DNA of 64,000 nucleotides from assembly GCF_001194135.2 (NCBI RefSeq), contig NC_069001.1:22143882-22207881 (forward strand). Direction: 5' to 3'. The DNA comes from Octopus bimaculoides. Its lineage: Eukaryota. Positions 55,323 to 64,000 of the stretch are shown here, piece after piece; the first letter of the stretch is position 1; each line of letters begins with the position of its first letter. Both the position numbers and the translations under genes were made by a program. The notes under the pieces are model-generated. The model was given only the letters and a program-made list of their open reading frames with translations, searched no databases and had not been told where the DNA came from.

Positions 55323-57037
55323 ATTTGATTCAATTTTTTAAACGTCTTATGTTCTGGTTCAAAAGCGAGTAATGTCTCCCACTTGAGGAGCCTGGCAAGA
55401 ATGATAGCAATACCGAATGATCAAGAATTTCGCTAAAGATGTTATTCGCACGTGTAAATCGGTTGAGCGCCCTCGATCTTTCGTTTTCAAGGATCGTGAA
55501 GAAAGGAGAGTAATAGTGGAAATGAGGAACCGAGATGTTACATATGTTGCTGCAAATTGAGCCACCTTGGGATATTTTGTTCCTCGGTGAAGACGAACGC
55601 CGTTGTTAACCACTATTGACAACATCCCGACCACTGCAGTTACAAAAACAGTAGTGTCAACAGTAAACATAAAAACACAGCGGCAACAACAATAACAAAC
55701 TTAGACAGAAGAACCCCGCCAAATTGTACCGTCCTACCATAGCTATCAACAACTGAATAAATCACAGCCAAACAAAGCAATAACACATTAAATGTCATGC
55801 AGACCAAACACAATCACAAAATATCCAAATGCCAGTATTTGAAGAGTGGTCAAGAAGTAAGAGAGAAAGGACAGGCAATTTCAGCCACCTGACTCCTAAC
55901 AAAAAAACCTTCATCTTTGTTGTTGTACCAAGCCAAACAACACTGTAAAAAGGGGTTCAAATAATTTAACAATTCAAAACCGCTTGACCAGGTTGTATCT
56001 CGTTCATTTAGAATTAATAATTATCATATATATATTCATTTACATGTTTGACAAAAAAAAAAAACGATAGTCTCACCTCGGCAAAACCTACATACTAAAT
56101 CGCCTTCCTGCCCTACCAACATATTGAACTATTAAAATACTGAGAAGGTGTTTTATCATTAAATTAAATTATTACTCTCTTATCTTTTCTTAATGACCTA
56201 CAATATGGTAGATCCATTGGTGACCTCATCTCTTCTGTCATTCACAATGGACTCTTGCCGTCGAGGAATTTCGTACATCAGGAAACCTTTCCACTTAACT
56301 ATAGAAACATCCTGCCAGTGGGTTCCACCTATTTCTCATCTTTTGGAATGGTATCTTCGTATCAGACAACTTTATCTGCCCCTCATTCTATCAACTCCAA
56401 CATGCATAAAGGTTCGTCTTTTTGTACTCCTCATTCTTTTTCCGTACATAACTGCTTTAGCTGTCACCATTTCCAAATCTCATCCTTTTACAGATGTCAA
56501 TACACATCACTCACTCGCCCATCACTGATTTAAGCTTCTCCATCCACTCCAAAAAATAATCAACTCTGTCAATATAATAAACCACAGTTAATTTTGTGAC
56601 CAATAAAATATAAAATTTATAGGTAATTATTGCAATGTTGAGGAGCTAGTGTATTCTACATTGCAATAATGTATTATTTTTGTTGTCTGTGGCATTTTTA
56701 TATGATTTTTATTAATTCGCATCTCATTAATGGCATTATTAAATTCTTAGGTGACTTTAGCCAGAAGATAAGAAATGCGATGAATATATGATAGCAATAT
56801 TTACAATGATTCGTTTCATTGTATTTCATAATTGTTCTATATTAATAATTTAATTTAGTGATAAAACACCTTCTAAGTAATTTAGTAGTTCAATATGTTG
56901 GTAGGGTAGGAAGACGATTTAGTATGTACGCTTTTTTGAGGTGAAACTATCGTCTTCTTTTTGTCAAACCTCTAAATCAATATATATGTGATAATAATTA
57001 ATGCTAAATGAAATCAATAGAATTACATCTTTTGCAG

Positions 57038-57133
57038 TCTCCGATGTCCCATATATGAAGCAAATTAAAGACGACCTCAAAATGTTTAAATAGCAGTTGA
57101 AGAGTGGCCAGGGAAGGAGAGAAAGAAGTTCAG
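57038..57133 (+). pseudogene. Candidate exon with one stop: SDVPYMKQIKDDLKMFK*QLKSGQGRRERSS
   Basis: CATCTTTTGCAG acceptor, CAG|GTGATT donor, 96 nt phase 1-1. Confidence 0.25.
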
Positions 57134-57866
57134 GTGATTTCAGCAACGCGAACCTCCCGAAAGTCCAAAATTTATTTCTGCCAAGCCAAGGAAAAGCGAA
57201 TGTTGCAGCCATTCGACAGGCAAATAACAAACGAGGCTGCTTGATCTGGTTGTATTATCCTCAAAAAATATCCTCAAAAAATCATACTCAGGTTTGGCAT
57301 TGTATGACTTCTGTGTTCTCCACACCGAACAAAATATTTATGCAAAAATATTCCTTTATTTAATGTTTATTTCTGTTTCTTTTTTCTGGTGTTACTTGGT
57401 GAACTCACACATGTATAGCATATGCAAATACACATTCTTAGGTACATAATCACGTGCGCAAATATAAGGAGAGGAGCTAAGAGAGCATATCATTTGTGCA
57501 TTAAATTGTAATGAGATAAAACAGGGCCTGATTAGACACGATGCCCAAAGTATACGAATTCACGTTGTTTCAAAGACAGCAAATCAGTAAAGTGTGGTGT
57601 AATACAGTACAGTTTTACTACAGTTCATTTTACTTTAAACATAATCGTGCAGCTTTTCACTTGGTGAAGAAGAACCTCTCTAAGAAGTTTCTTGGGAATT
57701 GCTCTTTCAATCAATCTCTCTCTTTCCCTCATTTTCTGTTTCGCTGCCTCTTTTACTTTCTTCAAAAGGGAAGTCAGTAACATCTGCTTTATATGCGCGA
57801 GCGTGTATGTCTGTGTGTGCATATACGTGGTGTGCACGTATGTATGTATATCTATATACATACATG

Positions 57867-57948
<82 letters not shown>

Positions 57949-58524
57949 NNNNNNNNNNNNNNNNNNNNNNNNNNNNNNNNNNNNNNNNNNNNNNNNNNNN
58001 NNNNNNNNNNNNNNNNNNNNNNNNNNNNNNNNNNNNNNNNNNNNNNNNNNNNNNNNNNNNNNNNNNNNNNNNNNNNNNNNNNNNNNNNNNNNNNNNNNNN
58101 NNNNNNNNNNNNNNNNNNNNNNNNNNNNNNNNNNNNNNNNNNNNNNNNNNNNNNNNNNNNNNNNNNNNNNNNNNNNNNNNNNNNNNNNNNNNNNNNNNNN
58201 NNNNNNNNNNNNNNNNNNNNNNNNNNNNNNNNNNNNNNNNNNNNNNNNNNNNNNNNNNNNNNNNNNNNNNNNNNNNNNNNNNNNNNNNNNNNNNNNNNNN
58301 NNNNNNNNNNNNNNNNNNNNNNNNNNNNNNNNNNNNNNNNNNNNNNNNNNNNNNNNNNNNNNNNNNNNNNNNNNNNNNNNNNNNNNNNNNNNNNNNNNNN
58401 NNNNNNNNNNNNNNNNNNNNNNNNNNNNNNNNNNNNNNNNNNNNNNNNNNNNNNNNNNNNNNNNNNNNNNNNNNNNNNNNNNNNNNNNNNNNNNNNNNNN
58501 NNNNNNNNNNNNNNNNNNNNNNNN

Positions 58525-58566
<42 letters not shown>

Positions 58567-58702
58567 CAGTTGTTTTGTCATGTCTGACATTAAGAGTTTA
58601 GTCATGCAATTGACTAGATTTTGTTTAATTTATAGATGCCTTTCATATCTCGCTATGAATACACTTCTCTGTACATATACATACTTACATACGGGCATGC
58701 AT

Positions 58703-58737
<35 letters not shown>

Positions 58738-58915
58738 CATGAAAAGAATATATATATATATATCGATATATATATATATATGGATATATATATATGTATA
58801 TATACACACATATACATATGTACATATTATACATTTATTATTATACAGATATTATGCACAAACACACACCGACTTATATGCACAAGCATATTTACTCATA
58901 CAGATTGTCACACGT

Positions 58916-58975
<60 letters not shown>

Positions 58976-59224
58976 GTAAGCATTTATGTATATGTATCCC
59001 TCCATCTCTTTATCTATATACATATATATTATATATATACTTATGCATACATACACACATATATATATATATACATGTACACACACACACACACACATAT
59101 ATATTATGTATGCATATATATATATATATATATATGTATGTGCGTGTGTGTATATATATATATGTATATTTATTTATTTATATATATATATATTATCTGG
59201 ATTTTATAGTAATCAGTATCCATC

Positions 59225-60300
59225 ACGGCTGTCCTTACCAATCGGTTTCGCGAACAAGATACAATGAAGTGTTAGGTTAGAATCCAATTATATAATTCCG
59301 CCCATCAGAGGTAAACGGCATGGAAGGCAATATGGCGGCTGCTCTCCACTACCGTAGGTGGGTTAGCACAATCAGTCGGCATCTACTGCAAAAAAAGTGG
59401 TGGAATGAAAATGAACAAGGGGATTTGGCTAGGAGTTATTTCCCTTGCTTGGGTATGTTGTGAAGCCGGCAAGAGTTATCTTGAAGTGGGCAAAATTTGT
59501 ATTAATAACGTGGTACCTCTGCGAAGATGGGTGTGTGGTATGGAATGTGTGGTATGGGGTGTTTGGTATGAGTAGCGGTGTCATACGTATAAATTTTTCT
59601 GTGGGTATATTTATATATAGCGCTGTGTTCATTGTTCTATTTTCTTTCTGTAAAGGATAAAGCTGTGGGGTCTTTTTGATATTATTCTGCGGTGTGTAAT
59701 GCATAATATGTGTTTAGAAGGTCTGTGTATATGAGTGAGTATAGTTTGCGTGAGGGGGTATGTGCTGGGGTTAGTGGGGATAGTTACATGCGGGTTGTCC
59801 GTCTTTTCGGGGTGTTCGTAGACGTACATATGTACGTTAGTGTGTGTCTTGGTCAAACTCTTTTTGCAGGGCCCAAGGGCATTGCTGAAAGGTCGTTTGC
59901 GGAAGGTCGAAGCAGGGGATCTGTGGCTGCAGTCATGATAAGTGGTGCAGGTACGATAGAATGTACTTTCTTTCATGCTGACAGCGATTAAACACCTCAT
60001 TCCTGATATTGAGGTAAGCATCCGGTCGTGGGGTACCTTTTAAGATCGCTGTCTTCTCAGCCAGGCATAATCTACACTTCATGTTACTATTGATGTACGG
60101 CTTGCATTTTTCTATGATCTTCCACTTTATGCCGTACTCCGTGGCGCTTTTTTTAAATCCCAGACGTTCTTGGCTAGGATTATGGTGTTACGTCTCTCTG
60201 GGATTTTGAATGTGGACTTGTGGTTAAAGCGAGTTCTGGAGGGGACTTCCTTTCCCTCACAAATTTCTGCGCGCTCGGTTGGAAACATTTTCTTGGTCTG
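59225..60300 (-). mobile_element. Penelope-like element 3, 3' fragment (GIY-YIG C-half plus 3' UTR)
   Basis: HKSTFKIPERRNTIILAKNVWDLKK / YGIKWKIIEKCKPY..CRLCLAEKTAI..LNIRNEVFNRCQHERKY; stop at 59933-35. Confidence 0.85.
59233..59311 (-). ncRNA. Type I hammerhead motif in the PLE3 3' region
   Basis: cct CTGATGG gcgga..ttcgc GAAACc gatt gGTA agg; one core change (A9 to G). Confidence 0.6.
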
Positions 60301-60924
60301 TACTTTACCAGATGTAATAAGCTGTCCTGAACTTTTCCAAGTGTGATAACTTGTCCTGTAGTTTCCAGGTTTATAATATCAAGAATATTATTTCTCTTGC
60401 ACGCATTTTTCTATGTAATCCACGTTTTTTCCATGCTATGCCAATGAATAATGTGACAAATGTGTCAATTAGCGGTGTTGTTGATAATTCTTCCTTACCT
60501 CAATGATGCCAGTGACGTATTAAATGTCGTCTTATAGAGCTATATTCATAAAAAAAGTATAGAACTATATTATCACTCTCGAATTTCAGAAACAAACATT
60601 CTTTACTTTTTTGTTTTTAAACTTCATGGCATGAGATTGATACAATGAAATTCCTCGAATTGAGCTCTATTATTTAAGTTTAATTAAGTTTAATTAAAAT
60701 ATAGTTTGTTTTTAGAATAAACACACTGAAGTATACTAAACTCCAGCTTTTTTTACCTTATATTTTTTCATTATATTTTACCTCACAACTTTTTTGATAC
60801 AAATTTTTGTCGCATGGGGCTAAAATTATAAACTTCTTCATGCTTCCTTCTATCATTGGAGCTAAGATTCTAAACTCGATTGGTGGCGTTACTTACTCTC
60901 CTATCACGTTGCTACATATGATGA

Positions 60925-62880
60925 TGAAAAGAATCACTTCAATGGTAGTTCTTATCCGTTTCATTTATATTTTTTTAATTGTTTAATAATATAAATTTTA
61001 CACTTTAGTTCATAGAACTAGTTTCAATATTAGCTAAGTAATTGATTTCCTTTAGTGTGGGGCAATTTTGGTGCTTTGACGTCAGTGTGCCTACTTGAAT
61101 TTTTTCCTCGCATTTGTTGATTTTCCTGTAAAATTCTTCGTCCTTCAACTTTTCTAGGATCATATCTTTGTAGTGGTTTTTGTCCATGATAATGATTGCT
61201 CCACCTTTGTCAACTTCTTTTATGATTATTGAGGAGTCTTTTTGTAGTTTGTTTAGTGCTAGCAATTTCTCTGTGGGGATGTTGCATTTGTGTTTCGTCT
61301 CTGCTACACTTGACTGCGCCGATCGTCGTAGACATGTTATGTACTCTTCCAGGTGTCTTTCTCGATTTAGCGATGGTTCGAAGTTCTTTTTGTTTTTCAC
61401 TACTGACCCCTCTTCATATTCTACACCCTGAAAAAAATTCTCCTAGACGTAATTTGCGACAAAAATCTACCGTGTCTTTTATAATATCGGCTTGATCTGC
61501 TTTCCAGGTGGGTGTGAACTTCAGTTCATTTTCTAATAGTTTGATTTCCTGTTGTGTTAATTTCTTGGCCGATATGTTGATTATTTTTCGTGCTTCCTAT
61601 AGATTTTCTTCGTCAAGGGTGGTGTTTTTCCTTTCATTTGATGGGAGATACCTTGACCTAAAAAATAATTCCAATTTGGGATAGGAGTGTTTCTGTTGTG
61701 GTGAAATATTCTGTTCACTGGTGAAATAATCTGTTCACTGTTTCATGTTGATAATTTCCTGAGTGGTAGAATTTTGTTTGGTGTTTAATATGTGGGGGTT
61801 TAGTTCTTCTGTTTTTCCGTTCGTTCTTCATATACCTATTATTTTGTCTATGATAATTATTCTTGGGGTTTTGACGGTACTTGTATCCAGTTCTGGTGTT
61901 TAGTATTTGGTCTGTGTATAATTGTGTGTTTGAGATTCACCAATTTCTGGTTAAAGTTTATTTATTGCGTGAGAATTCTTCCTTTCTTGTGTTTTTGAAT
62001 TTCCCCAAGTTTGAGGGCTTCTTATGGGACTGTTTCCTGGGTTTTATTTCATCTTTTTCATAGTTCTTTTCATATTCTTGTAGCCATTGTGTTCTTGACT
62101 CCAGGAGTTTCTTTGATCTTAATTCCCCTCTCGTTGTATCGGACTTCCATAGATCAAAGAGTTTTTCTCGCACGTTGCCACTGCTTCTTTTGTTTATTTC
62201 TTCTCGATTGGTGTTATTGCACTTTTCAATTTTTTCTTTAAATTTTGGCACTCTTCAACGGAGAATGGTGATTTCCGTCTCAAGTGTCTGAAGTGCAAGA
62301 TTTAATCTTATTTTGGTTTCTTCATTTGATTTCGATGTTATCTCTTTGATACGGAATTTTCTCGGGATGATGACTTCTTCCTTACTTCGTCATATCTTGT
62401 ATGTGTCTGCAATGTTTTCACTCCTCAAGGCTTTCCAGTAGGCCTGTTTTCTTTGACTTAGTAATCGGTTCCAAATATTTTTCATTTGAGTTCTTTCTTC
62501 AGAGCTTCTTTCTCCAGATTTAGTTCATTCCATTTTTTGAATACATTACGGACAATGGAATTTTGGTCGTGTGTAACTGTTTCAAAGGAGGAGATTTTTC
62601 CTTGTTTCTGGCGGTCTGCAATTAGGTAATCAAGCGATTCTCTATAGATGCGTGTTTGTTGTTCCATTTCATGTATAGCATTGGTAAGAGAATCACACTT
62701 ATTTATTATTATGGAGCGTTTTTCAGAGATTTCCTGCAATATTGTCTCCAATTTCAGAGATTCAGTAACAGATTTCGAACATGTATTAGCCATTCTGTCC
62801 TGTACAAAGTGGTAGAGTATCGAAAAATGTGTGAAATCCTTGATACAGTTAAGTATATTTGAAAAAAGAAATAGAATCAC
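60925..62880 (-). mobile_element. Penelope-like element 4, internally deleted (N-terminal region plus start of RT only)
   Basis: DSSIIIKEVDKGGAIIIMDKNHY (61005-61400), homologous to PLE1 IKEADKGSAVV; upstream WNRLLSQRKQAYW..IPRKF and LWKSDTTRGE segments. Confidence 0.8.
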
Positions 62881-63030
62881 TTCACTGGTAGGTCTAATCC
62901 GTGTAATTTATTATGTTTCAATCTTTTGATAATATAAATTTTACGCTTTAGTTCATAGATCTAGTTTCAAAGTTAGTTATATAATTGATATCCCTTAGTG
63001 TGAGATTATTTTGGTACTTTATCGTCAAAA
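62865..63030 (-). repeat. Direct upstream copy of the PLE4 3' end
   Basis: Aligns with 60930-61085 in the same orientation. Confidence 0.8.
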
Positions 63031-63039
63031 GACACAGAA

Positions 63040-63540
63040 CATTTTGTCACAAATTACGCCTAGGAGAATTTTTTCATGGTGTAGGTTAGGATGAGGAGTC
63101 ACTAGTAGAAAACAAAAATAACTTCAAACCACCGCTAAATAGAGACAGACACCTGGAAGACTACATAATAACCTGCCTACGACGATCGGCGCAGTCAAAT
63201 ATTGCAGATACGAAACACAAATGCAACATTCCTGCTGAGAAATTGCTAGCACTAAACAAACTACAAAAAAATCTGACAAAGGTGGAGCAATCATCATCAT
63301 GGACAAAGACTGCTACAAAGATGTGATCCTAGAATAGTTGAAGGACAAAGGATTTTACAGGAGGAAAAACATTCAATGATTAAAGTAGGTAAACTGACGA
63401 CAAAGCACCAAAATAATCTCACACTAAAGGAAATCAATTACATAACTAACTTTGAAACGAGATCTATGAATTAAAGTGTAAAATTTATATTATTAAACAT
63501 TTTTTAATGATTTAGAACTACCAGAGAAGTGATTCTGTTT
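63040..63540 (+). repeat. Inverted copy of the PLE4 3' ~530 bp
   Basis: Reverse complement aligns with 60930-61465, including the same RT truncation point. Confidence 0.85.
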
Positions 63541-63844
63541 CCCTTTTCATATATATCTAAATGTACCAAGGGTCTCACACATTTCCCAATATATATATTA
63601 TCTGCTTATCTAATCATAAATACTATTCTATAACCATGAAACGAGTCCTCAGTCAATCTGGCCAACGCGTAACAAAACTGAAAGAAGCTGACTCATGTCT
63701 CTTCGAAATTCTCTGTTCGAACGGTGAAAGTGCAAGCCGTAGAGCTATGTTTCCAACCACTGGGACCTATGTAATCCAGTTACTCCCTGCCCATAACTGT
63801 TGGTTTTTGCCAAAATTTGAAACAAATAAAGTAGTTTATAAACT

Positions 63845-63934
63845 AGTACCAAACTGGTACTTATTGCATTGCTTTTGATAAGATGAAAGGTCAAGTCCAC
63901 CTCAGCGGAATTTGAACTCAGAATGTATAGACGG

Positions 63935-64000
<66 letters not shown>
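63845..64000 (-). mobile_element. SINE family A fragment adjoining (AAT)n
   Basis: Reverse complement of TTCTGAGTTCAAATTCCGC.GAGGT.GAC...AAGTACCAGT; (AAT)n from about 63937 to the window end. Confidence 0.7.

Overview
AT-rich, microsatellite-dense eukaryotic DNA with several N gaps. The SINE families suggest an octopus/cephalopod origin (inference from sequence recall, not a search). There is no intact long CDS, and most supplied ORFs are translated microsatellites. The window is dominated by decayed mobile elements: four Penelope-like element (PLE) regions from at least two lineages, several PLE-type minimal hammerhead ribozyme (HHR) motifs, one near-complete mariner beside a (CCCTAA)n tract and hairpin, a fold-back mariner derivative, pogo/Tigger-like and hAT-like MITE pieces, R4/Dong-like and RTE-like LINE fragments, and many tRNA-derived SINEs. 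Short + strand candidate exons, found by eye from splice sites and phase, may belong to one or two partly disrupted genes for secreted or cell-surface glycoproteins with FN3-like segments. All translations and folds were done by hand, and coordinates of degenerate elements are approximate.
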